DNA of 64,000 nucleotides from the NCBI RefSeq assembly GCF_000497125.1, contig NC_090601.1, positions 124,001 to 188,000 on the forward strand, in the 5' to 3' direction. How positions within the stretch are numbered: the stretch's first letter is position 1; every line of letters starts with the position of its first letter. Position numbers and translations under genes: made by a program. This DNA comes from Spironucleus salmonicida. Taxonomy: Eukaryota. The notes under the pieces were generated by a model. That model ran no database searches and was not told the DNA's origin. It saw only the letters and a program-made list of their open reading frames with translations. Below, piece by piece: positions 50,931 through 62,683 of the stretch.

Positions 50931-53000
50931 ATGAGTTAGACAGACTATAATTAATTTGATCAATCATCGAAGATATTAGATGTAAAATAAACTATTTAAC
51001 TAAATAAATAGATGATAAATAATCTTACCTCGTAGTTAAGACAGTTTGAATAACAAGTTACGTAACTTGAGAGTAGGAATTAATAATTGGTATCTTAAGA
51101 CTAACTATAATTATAAGATTTATAAAAACTATCTTAAAAGTGTTTAGATTATGAGCAAGTTTTGGGTGGTCTATATACGGAACAAAAAGATCATATCAGT
51201 TAATTACAAGCTTAATAAGATAAAATAAATATTCTGAACAATAAATTATAACAATAAGAATAGTCACAATAAGGTTCCACTTAGTAATAAGAATAAATAA
51301 AAATATAGAATAAGTAGCTATAAGATAAAGTATTAGAATAGTAAACTAAACTATTTTAAATTAACTAAGATTTATAGTTATAGAAAGAAGATAATTTTTG
51401 TATTAAATAAAGTATTGAAACATTAAAATAATAACATAGTTCACAACTATAGTAAGATAATAGTCTAAAAAATGATTTAGAAGATAAAATATTAACCCAA
51501 GTTAAAACAATTCGCCAATTTCAGGAAGTACAATAGTAACTCGATAACACTGTATTACTTAAAGAAAATACAATTGCTTAGCTCAAATAGTAGTTAATCA
51601 AAGCGAACGAAAAATAATCTTAAAGTATCTCTGAATTTGAGAAACATATATCTGATTAATAAATACTTAAAGTGTAACAGTAACAGCTTGTATCTAATCT
51701 TTCATCACACCAACAATAAAATAATTCTTTAAAAACTTAAGTGGAGTATTTAAATTAATAAAACCAACAGATTCAAACACAGTCTATGAATAATATAAAT
51801 TAGCTTAATTAGCAAATCAAGGAACTTAAATATGAGGTTTAAAACTAAAATAATAAAGAAAATGAAAAGTTTGAAGTTCTTACATAATAAAATGATGAAT
51901 TAATAGAATAAACCTAAAAATTGTAGTAGAATAACTTTGATTTAAAATAGGCTTTGACATAACTTTAAACTTAAAATTAGATTGAGAATGTAAAAATTAT
52001 TTAAAGAAATTAAGAGTTAGAATAATAAAATTAGAAACTTAAAGATGTCTAAAAAGACGTTATCTAGAGTAAAGAAAATGAATCAAAATTGAAAAAGAAT
52101 TTTTAAAATTTGTAGGCCGAGCATGATAATTTACTGAACGAAATCTACGGTATAAAAGATAACATTTAAGAAGAATACAGGATATTATAGGAAAATTAGA
52201 CTATGTTAGGGACATCAAAAATTATTAATTAGGATCTACTAGAAGTTAAAATTTCCGCCTTAGAAAATGCTAGTAACGCTCTTAAAATAGCTGTTAGTAG
52301 TTAACAAGGTGAGATTAATATGCTTAAAAATACATCTCAGATTAAGTCGATAAGTGCCTCTGAATAGTCGCCAAGAAGTTCTCATAACTCTGCTATTGGA
52401 GAGTTATAAAATTAAATTTCTGACATGCATAATTAGATATTAAATCTTAAAGCTTTAAATTCTTCATAATTTTCAGATTTACCAGGAAGTAAAAATAGTC
52501 CTCCATCGATTAAACTTTAGTCGTTTTAACCTGTTCATAATGATCGTTTGGTATTATCTTAAAGTAGCGAACATTAATTCTTAGATTAATCTGTGGTTGC
52601 ATTTCCAATATAAAAATAACTTATTTTTAATATTTTTTCGTCTTTCAGTCCAGATAATTAAAAATAACTTGCTAGATCAATAGGGCTAGAATAAGTAAAC
52701 GTATTTATATAAGCTGTTTTTAAGGAGTAAAGTTTAGATTAAATTTATGAAAACTGGGATTTATAGACGGAAATTTTAACTAAATAAAAACTTGTTAAGT
52801 TTTTTGAACAGTAGAAAATCGAAATTACAAGAAGAGATATGACAAAACTCTATGAATCTGATTTAGCTGATGATACTTATGTTACTTGGATAATGGGTTT
52901 ATTTTTCTTTGTAATAAGTTAAGGTGATATTGTTATCGATAGTGGTTGTGACATTTACTAGATATCAGGAGTAAAAGTAATGGTAATTGAAAATGAATGA
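50931..53000 (+). CDS. Long coiled-coil protein with a globular C-terminus, 689 aa
   Basis: Q/E/K/L heptad-rich frame from MSQTDYNQF to VMVIENE-TGA. Confidence 0.7.
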
Positions 53001-53062
53001 TTTCGATTTAATTTTTAATTATATTTTATATATAAATTAATTAAAATTTCAATTCCGCAAAT

Positions 53063-56000
53063 ATGTAAGTTACTTTTAGCATTAAGGATTTAACGCCTTT
53101 TCCTATGCTTACAGATCCAACAATGATATTTCCTACAATTTATTTTGAAAACTAATTATATGCAGCATCTGTTCCACATACCACATTCTCCGAAGGTACA
53201 TTTTGTTAAACTTCGGCAACTATATCTTTACAAGGAAATTCTAAAGATATTATTGAAAAGTTTTTAAAGAAGTCATTTTATGTTGTGTTAAATTCTATTT
53301 ATCCTGGGAAAAAAGCCAAAAAGCCTGCAGACGGTATTAGTTACTCGGATTTACTTTTAGCACCTTTTAGCTAGTTCAGTGAAGTTAAGATAGATCCATT
53401 GGTTGGTGAAGAATACGAAGAATATCTTACTCAAAAGTTATAGCTATAATTTAATGTTTTCACAAATTCTGTATTATTCGTTGACGTTGATTTCCGTATA
53501 TTAAATTATAAAAAATTAAACTATTAACCTTTTAATATTGCTATTGGTGGAATCTAAATACCTGGTAATTTAAAAAATGTTAAATCGTCTAATTTTAAGG
53601 GATTAGTTCCTTGTAATTATTAGGTTGAAATTGAGTTACCATGCTAACGAAAATTAGAGTTAGTAAATGGCTATTTTAGTACAGTTAAAAATGAAGTTTT
53701 AGACTCAATAGAAAATATTGATGATATTTTAACCATTGCATAAAATTAATTTAACTATATTAATTTTCCATAAGTTACTAGTTTTGTAGATAACTAGTTA
53801 GCTGATTAAAGTTTTTTGAACCTATATCAAGTTATTGGTGATGCAAAGGGCTTTGAAAAGATGAAGCAGGTTGATTATTTATAATATTAGTAAAAATTTA
53901 CAACTTTCGCCCAGTAACAAGTTAAGTAAGCCGATTTCGTAGATATATTAAATATATTAAAAGAAGCAATTAGCAGCTCATTTACGTAGGCTATCCTATT
54001 ACACAATGATCAGGTAATAAGTTCAAATACTGACCCCAAAAAGAAAATTGATCCTAAAAACTTTGTCCAACAGGTTAATTTTACTATCGAAACAATGCCT
54101 ACATTTTTATTATAGGAGTAATTTGTTAATAATTATTCAACGTACTTATTATCTGACGAAGAAGCGTAGTAACTTAGAAATAATTTAACAAAAAAAGCTA
54201 AAATTAACATTAAACCTTCTTAGTTTTGGGCAAGTTTAGATGTTATTATTGAAGACTTTGAATGCACTTGTGAAATGGATTTTAGCGAAATTTTAAGAAA
54301 ATAAATTATAAGCTAAGATATTAAACTAGAAATGACTGAGTAATAAATTGAAAAGTAAAATAAGATACCAGAAATTGATCCAAAAGACAAAAAGAAGACT
54401 TAGCCATCATAATATTATAATATTATTACTTCAAATTATGGATTGATGGGCATTTCTTTGAGTTTGAAGCACACTGAGTTAATCAGAAGTGAAAAATAAA
54501 TAATATAATCAATTTATGAGGCGATTACACCTGCAAATAAACTAATTCTCAAAAATAAGACATTTTTAACCAAGCGAATGGTACTGGATTCTTTTTTACC
54601 ACCTTCATTAGACTCTATGACACCAATTGAGCAGGTATGTTTTAGATTGCGGGAAGATATTAAAGAGGCATATGCTAGGTCTACACAAGATAGTGTTATA
54701 GATGTACTAAAGCCGTTTGTCAAGAAATATATGAATGAAATTAATTAAATTATGCCAAATACATCTATGGCAGAAAAACATGCAATTATTATGTCTAATT
54801 CACAATAAGCTGTAAAGCAACTTAATATTAATGAAAAGTCGGCAGAAGAACTTATTAATTTTGGCGAAGTATTAATTTAATCTTAAAATATTTAGGATGC
54901 ATAACGTGCATAACTACTTTTTGGATCAGCTCTTACACGTGAAAGACGTTCACGAAGTTAGCACTAACACACCGTTCTATTAGAATAAGCAGTTTTAGGT
55001 GGTCTTAAGTGTGCAATTATTTCTAAAAATACGCAGCTATTAATGAGAAGTTTAATTAGGGCATATTCACTATCATAGATATTAAATGAATCTAAGCTTT
55101 ACCTATTTGAACTTTCCATGCTTGGTGCTGCTGAGCTAGTTGCATTAGGAGAAAATCCAGAGTTTGCACTTACATTTTTACATTTTTATAAAGACATTTA
55201 TTCTTTTGAATTAGAAAATGTTTAAGAAAGTATAATGATCAAAACACTAAGTTATTGCTTATTAGAACTGCTTTAAAATAAGCTTTTCAAAGAATTGGAG
55301 CTAATTTTAACAGATTATATTAGAAAGGTAAATAAAAGCCAAGAATATTTCTCAGCAATCACCAAACATGACTCTGATGAAGTTATTATAGTTAATTTGA
55401 AATTAGCACTGTGTGAGTGGCTTATTCTCCGTGGAAGTAGTAGATTTGCAAGTATTGTATTATAAAATATGTAGAATGAATTTTAAATATAGAATTAGGT
55501 ATAATAAGTAAGCAAGTTCACATATATGTTTGATGAGAGATTTAGTTGCGATAAAGACTTGCAAGTTGATATTGAAGATGATGTTGAAATTCATATAGAT
55601 CAAAAGCGCCATTTCCATATTATCTAAACAAAATCTGCATTATTAAGTGCTAGAATATTATATATAGAAGGATATTTCAATGAAATGCGTAATGTTCTGC
55701 TTAAATAGTTATATTAATAAAAATAACCTAAAACCTCCGAAAATAACCCTCTAAAAATATTGTCATATTTATAATCAGATGAATCACTTGATGCTTCATT
55801 TTTAGATTTAATAGAACCAATACTTGATTAAGTTCCTGGTGTGTTAGCGAGTGTAGCATTGTCTTGTGTGTAAAATCATAAGGTTCCCTAATTTTTAAAA
55901 CATCCTGGAAAATTACCATAACTACTTGTATGTGCAGCTATTTAAGGGCGTTTACCATCAAAGCAATAGCTGGCAATTTCGACTCATACATCATTTAAAA

Positions 56001-57187
56001 ATTTAACGGATTCTGTAAAGAGTAATTATACACCAACTTAGAAGAAAAAGTAGTTATTCCCAGATGACATGATTATTTCGAATGACTTAGCAGTACTTTT
56101 GTCAGATTAGACATTCTCAACAATTTTATTCAATTCTAGAGTATCTTTTGACATGGCCTTATAATCTCTGTCGTTAGCTGCTTAGTCAGAGAACTATAAA
56201 GGATATTGCGGTATTTTGGACTGCAAAACTCTTTCCATCGATCTACAAAACGATTAGTCTTTCGTTTTTGCTCTTTCTAGACTTTCAATTCGCTATCTAC
56301 CTCTTCTTGACTTAGTAGCTTTCCCTCGCCCATTTTCTCCACCATCCGATGATGAAATTAACGTAGCAAAGCGGATTTTCCATTAAATTTAACCAAATCT
56401 TACTGATTTTACACCTAATTACCTGAAAAACCAACTAACTACAGATTATTTGGCAGAAATATAGATTAAAAATCCTCTAGAAATCCTTGAAATTTTGACA
56501 TCGTTAACGTCAAAATACATCAATTTGGACTACTAAAACCCGCGTTAACTGTCGACCTCAGGAATGCTATATCTGTACCAGAACGACTTCTAAACGGCTT
56601 TATCTTGCTTCTAAAGAACTCTTTAACTCGACTCAACAGAATCGACTGCCTGGCGTGGAATTTCGCTCATTCTTGCACACAATTTGACTCTGACAGAAGA
56701 CGATGAATTTAAAAACCAAATTAGAGTCAAAATATGTGAGTGCGTGAACAGATCAAGTTTGCCGGCTAGCGGTGAAATTGCCGTCGCGATCGCCCAATCG
56801 TTGCTGAATCCGCACGCCGAGAGGGCAACGTACTATGCTCTTTTGGCTTCTAAGATCCTCAAATCGATCAGTTTGGTACCCTAACTAATGCCAATTATCG
56901 CGTTCAGCGAACAGATTTACCAGATCGAATTTAGCGATTCCAGGGCCAGTGAGAGCCAGTGGTACATCAACCGGCTGCTTGCAATTGCCAATAAGAGCTG
57001 CGGGCGCCCTGAGGACGTTGCTGGTTATCTGAATAGCGCACTGAAGGGAATTGGGGGCATTAGGCCCGGTAGGAGCGTTATTGAGATAGCAGAGAGAATT
57101 CTGATCATGACGGAGACAGCGCAGGCCTGGAACGATGCCGGAAACAGCGAAAATGCGGAAAAAGTTATGGCGGAAGGCTTGATGTGA
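53063..57187 (+). CDS. C2-like/TPR protein, CFAP70 (TTC18)-like, 1374 aa
   Basis: In frame with track ORFs 56684 and 56888. N-terminal beta-rich segment with YPGKKAKKPADGISYSDLLLAP (compare CFAP70 LPKEKKQKEEK..VDLLP), DPKKK-type motifs and a C-terminal TPR-like GMLYLYQNDFQTALSCFQRTLQLD. Confidence 0.6.
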
Positions 57188-57203
57188 TCGACAATTTACT
57201 CAC

Positions 57204-57893
57204 TCACGAGATCCAGTTCGAAAACAGGATAGACAAATAGGCCACGGAAATAAGCGTTTGGGGAAATACAAAAAATCTCGACAATGCTACCCTTGGGTTG
57301 ATGTCGCCGAAGCCGACAGAGGACTAGCACACTGAGCTAAAATAAATAAAGTCAAAATACTACTAAATTGTGCGTAGGCAGCCAGTGTAGTTGACTATGC
57401 TGATTCCGTTAAAAGAATTGGGAGATCCAACTTCTATTTCGGTGTAAATTAAAGCAAAAAGCATAACTAGGGAGAAATATAGGTAACTCATAATTTTAAT
57501 TCTCGCGGTTCTATTAATAAGGCAAGAAATCTATTCCACTGTAACTAGAATTAGAACAATAACCCATATGATTGTTAGAGAAAGCAAGAAGAAGGCAATA
57601 ATTTACAGTTAATGAAATGTCATTGTGACCACTTCTAACAATGTAAATATTGAAAGAATAAATAGAGTAAAAGCTATAGATGATGCAATACAATTTGCTC
57701 TAAATATGACATTAATAGCTAATTAAATATTTTTAGACTTAAAATTAAATAGTTGGTCTTACTATTCATCATTACTTTCTAATTTAGCTTCGATAATTAT
57801 AGAAAGATCTACGATTTTCTACTCTAAGTTGGTTAATGTAGTTATAAGATTATCCCTAGTCAAAATTGTTTATTCTTTAAGTTAAATTTCCAT
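57204..57893 (-). CDS. Small potassium-channel-like protein (Ion_trans_2 pore), 229 aa
   Basis: Several hydrophobic helices, then YFSLVMLFALIYTEI..PNSF, pore helix FDFIYFSSVCQ, filter SSVGFGDINP and inner helix ALSRFFVFPQTLISVAYLSILF. Confidence 0.85.
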
Positions 57894-57939
57894 TCTTTTA
57901 TAAAACAAACTATATATTATAATATAAAACCAATATAAT

Positions 57940-58638
57940 TCAGATAATTTTTGATAATTTGTTTTTTAGTTCATCAAACTTAAAATCAAAATGACCACAA
58001 TCATATTTCTAGACACCATCAATGCTAAATTCCTTAAATTTATCTGTTTGTAAGCCTTCCGTATATTCATCTTTATTACCAGATAAAACATATAGCTTTA
58101 GCACTTTTTCTTACAATATTAAATCAAAGTTTAAAGAATCTAATTCATCGATATCATATTTTGTGATACTAATATTCTTGCCAAAAAATTCTTTTTACAG
58201 TGTCGTCCCTTTTCGGACACTATCAATTTAATCTTAGACATCAGTACCGTTGAACTAATTGACAAAAAATCTTGGAGCAACTGCCACAACAGTTGAACCA
58301 GGCAAAGCAGTTAATATTGCAAGATTTGCTCCTTTAGAATGTCCAATATAAATTATTTCTGTATATTTTTAAAATGTCTGACTAGCTAATACTTCCTTCA
58401 GTTATAAAAGTTAGGGAGCAAATCCAAACTATATTTCTCCCTCCGATCTTCCTTACCCAGTAAAATCAAATCGTAGTGTGGCATGCTGAGTAAATTAAGG
58501 AATATCTCTAAAAAATACAGAGTTACGTGTACCAGCCAATCCATGTATCATAACTACTAGCTTTTATGATTCAGAATCTTTATAACATGCATATACATGT
58601 CCTGCAGTTGTAGGAATATAAAAGTTTTCTTCTGCCAT
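57940..58638 (-). CDS. Alpha/beta hydrolase (serine esterase-like), copy A, 232 aa
   Basis: VMIHGLAG, LRFDFTGQGRSEG, IGHSKGA, SGNKDE and CGHFDF (Ser-Asp-His triad). Confidence 0.88.
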
Positions 58639-58722
58639 TTATAAAATATTGAAAATGCATTAGAATTACTTAAATAATAAAATTAATTGTGGTTTAAATA
58701 AAGTATATAATTTTATATTGAA

Positions 58723-59415
58723 TCAATTTATACCTAAAATATAGGTTAATTAATTTAAACAATCAATTTCAAAATCAAAATGTCCATAATCATAATAATA
58801 AATTTGCCCATATTATTAATATTCCTAAATATGATCATATGAAGCTATATCATCGTTTTTGCCTCCTATTACAATTAATTTCAACATTTTTAAGGACAAT
58901 AACTAATGAAGATCATAATTTTCCAATTCGATCAGATCTTATTTGCTAAATTTTATTTTTTTCCCCCCAAAAATAGGAAATAAGGTTTTACCTAAACGTA
59001 TTTCTTAAATTTACGTCTATGTCATTCCGTAAAATTAATTTAAGAAAAATCTTGGAGCTATAGCTATTACAGTTTCATATTTCTTAGCTACAAACATTGA
59101 TACAGTGGCTCCTTTTGAATGCCCAATAAATATTTTTTCGGTATACTCTTGAAATATCTTATCTGTAAGCAACTCTTCCAATTATTATACAAGATATGAA
59201 TATGAGAAATATATTTCTCCTTCTGACCTTCCTTACCCTAAAAAGTCAAATCGTACAGTTGCAAATTAAGATTAAAATGGTATCTATCTAAAAAATATCG
59301 AATTTCTAGTCCCAGCCACACCATGAACCATAATGATTAATTTTTTAATTTATGACGGTTTGAAACAAGTATAAATTTCTCCTAAGCTAGTTTATAAATA
59401 AAAAGATTACTCCAT
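58723..59415 (-). CDS. Alpha/beta hydrolase, copy B (tandem paralog), 230 aa
   Basis: IMVHGVAG, VRFDFLGQGRSEG, IGHSKGA, GGKNDD and YGHFDF. Confidence 0.88.
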
Positions 59416-59455
59416 TTATAAATTATATTATTTCACGTATAATATAGAATATTTT

Positions 59456-60433
59456 TCACTCAACTCGTACCAAATCAAAAATCAAATCATCAGCTCCCAG
59501 TTTTTATTCGTACGCTTTATCAAAGCAAATGAGCAATTACTCGTGAACTTATTTAGCTAATTTAGTTATCTATGCGGTGTCTCCATTATAGTTAACACAT
59601 CTTTCATGAATACTTTTAGAATGTTCTTTAAATATACCCCTAGTTCGATAAAAATACTATTTGGCTTTTTCAATCATAAGCGATAAATCGTTCCATACAA
59701 TATTAACAGCCCACTCTAATTACATCTCTTGAATGAACACTGTTGAATTATTTTGACCAGAAACTTACATAATTGCATACAATGCTGCATTTTTCAATCT
59801 ATCCAACTCAGGTAAATCATCAACTATTTCTTAGCTACACTAATTCATAGTAATTCCCAATCTTTTCAAAATAATCATACGCTGATCTTGAACTAGCTTC
59901 CCTACCTCACTATATTTAATTCCACTATATAATTTACACTATACAAAAGTAGCACCGTCATAATGTTTTACACGCCCATGCCATATATTTTCTTAAAGAT
60001 AAATTTTCTTGGAAAACCCACACTTTGAAAAATACTCTATGGCAGAGTTATCAGCATATGTAACTATATCAGTGTATCCATCTAAAATGAGTTAATCTTT
60101 TAAATAATTCATAATTTTAGCCCCAATTCCCATATATTTACGGGTCGATGCTACAGCACAAAAGGCAATCTCTGCAAGCTTCTCTGGCTTGAAACGGCGA
60201 TAACAAATAGCACCAAGAAGTGGATTTTCAGAATTTTCAAAGAGCATACATGTAGTATGATATGGATTAAAAACAAGCCGAGTTACGTAGTCTTTAGGCA
60301 TTCTAGGTAACTCGGAGCAAAAAAGATCCTTGGCCATTGTAAGTTTAATTAACAGTTTAGGGTTATATGGATTAGTGGAAGGATTGTCTAGGTCTAACGA
60401 GACGAATTCAAATTTAGATACTTATTATGACAT
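59456..60433 (-). CDS. GCN5: GCN5 histone acetyltransferase with a degenerate bromodomain, 325 aa
   Basis: LPRMPKDYVTRLVF, GAICYRRF, AEIAFCAV, GIGAKIMNYLK, TYADNSAIEYFSKCGF, W.GRVKHYDGAT and a C-terminal DLSLM...RCVNYN. Confidence 0.92.
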
Positions 60434-60473
60434 TTTGTGGAAAGAAAAAATAATATTATATATGTAAATTTAA

Positions 60474-61184
60474 TCAGAAAAACCAAGCACCAAATCCATC
60501 CTTTTCATCGACTTCAATGTTAGTGGAAAAATCAACCTCGATGATTCTTTTTTATTTCTTATATTCATTCAAAATATTTAGTGCGACCTCATCAGCAGTG
60601 TGAAATTTATCCCATTTAACCTTTATTACCGGAATTCGTTTGCTAATATCATCTATGAAAATTTGATATTCGTTATATAGTTCTTAAAGATATTCAATTG
60701 GAATGCTAGATTCACAATTTCTGGATCTAGACTTGATTCTTTCTACAGCTTCTTCTGGGGAAACATCTAAATAAATTAATAAGTTAGGATGCTTAAGAAA
60801 GTTACTACATTACCTAAACATCTCTAAATATGTTCCATAATCACGTTCAGTCATATTACCTTACTTCATTAATACTTTTGCAAAGATAGTATCTTCATAA
60901 ATTGATCTATCTTAAACTGCAGACTTTCCACTCCAAATTATCGTTTAATGTTAAGAAAAGCGTTTAGTAAATAAGTAAATTTACATAGCAAACCCATATT
61001 TTTTCATATCTGTATAGAAATCTTCTAAATAAACGTTTTCTTCAACAGGTTCATAATAAACTGGTACATTTAAATGTTTTCCTAATGCTGTGGCTAGTGT
61101 AGACTTTCCAGCACCAATAAGGCCACAAATAGATACAAATAAATTCTAAGTAGGTATGTGATCATAGTTTGCTGGCTATGTCAT
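60474..61184 (-). CDS. Deoxynucleoside kinase (dAK/dGK family), 236 aa
   Basis: SICGLIGAGKSTLA, YEPVEENVYLEDFY, MQIYLLNKRF, QDRSIYED, PNLLIYLDVSPE and RIKSRSRNCE. Confidence 0.92.
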
Positions 61185-61348
61185 GGTTTTAGAGAAGGGA
61201 AAAATAAAATAATTTCAAACATAATATAATATTTATTAAGTCTAAAGTTAACCCGGGAAAATTATAATTACATAAATATATAACATATAATTAAATTATT
61301 TTATAAAATATATTAATTTGAAAATAGTTGAATTTTTAAATAAATATA

Positions 61349-62626
61349 TCACTAAAGAAATTTTGCATCTAAAATACTAGTATAGATTTAAGTTTCAAAT
61401 TAAATACTATCATAATTAATTTAATTATTATTACTTAGATTAGTATGATATTTACTGACTATTTCAGGTTTTTATACCTACTATATTTTTACTGATAGTT
61501 AATACTAGGTTTCTAACCTGTCACTTTATATTATATGAAGTTTTAATGCATCTACATTAAGCTTTTCTGCTTCAATAATTTAAAGATTGTTTCCAATATG
61601 TATAAAATTATGCTTCAAATCTATTCTTAATTATTAGCAGCTATCTTAAATTATTTTACTATTTCTAAAGACATTAAAAAGACTGTCTTACTCTCCTATT
61701 ATATCACCAAATTTATCTAATAAGATCTAGTCCTGCGTACAATCTGATAGCATCTGAATATTATTGTCAATAGGATTATAAACACGTTAATATTAAAATA
61801 CAACTAAGGCTTCTAAAATTCTTTATTAATATTAACTCATGTTTACAATACCTTCTGGAAAATCCCGATTTTTACCTTTTTTTAATATCTCACTGCCAGC
61901 AAGTGCAGTTTAACCTTATAAAATAGCCTATTACGCTTTTTTCAATCCAACACCTTTTAAACTCCCAAGATAATCACATCCACTAAGGATAGAACAGTTT
62001 TTCAGTTATTACACTTCAGTAAATAACGTATTTTCACAATTTAATACCAATTTTCCAGAATTTAATCCAAAGTTATAATTAAAAAGTACCTAATCTACTC
62101 CATATAAGTAAATATCAGAGTCTAGAGTAATAATTACATCTGCAAGGTTTGTTCTATTCAAAAATGCAAGTTAAGCATCTGCTTCAAATGGAGATAGAAA
62201 ACAGTAAAACTACTCATTTTGAAATTTTGAAATTAGAAATTCAGCAACATCTTTTACCTATTCAAAAGTAAAACTAATTGATTTTTATAATAATTTTGTT
62301 TGATGTGAACCAGATGATGATATTGCTTCTTTTAAGGATCTATCCCTATTAATTTTTCTTGCTTCATTTGTAGGACGTTTAGCTGGTAAATAACCTCCAT
62401 CAAAAACTAATATTGTATATTTAGAGTATTTTACAAATTGTAGTAAATACTTGTAAGTTTAATTTGCTATCTCAATAACAGATTTATGAATTAAAAGCTA
62501 TTAAGAAAAATTTTAAGCAGCTTTATGTAATAAACAATGACCATCTATACCAATAGATTTATTTTAAAGAGATTTTAGTGATGTCTGCTATCCAGTCATG
62601 TTTTCATTTAGCCCAGTAATCCCCAT
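61349..62626 (-). CDS. EXO1: Exonuclease 1 (XPG/FEN1 family), 425 aa
   Basis: MGITGL, IGIDGHCLLHKA, VFDGGYLPAK, SPFEADAQLAF, ITLDSD and ILSGCDYLGSLKGVGLKKA. Confidence 0.88.
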
Positions 62627-62683
62627 TTTTAATATTTTATACATATTATATAGTTTTAAATATAAAATTTTCTTTTCACTCAT
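62627..62683. promoter_or_regulatory. 57-bp putative bidirectional promoter between EXO1 and the beta dynein
   Basis: Divergent ATGs are separated by 57 bp, containing TATA-like runs and TTTTCACTCAT before the dynein ATG. Confidence 0.5.
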
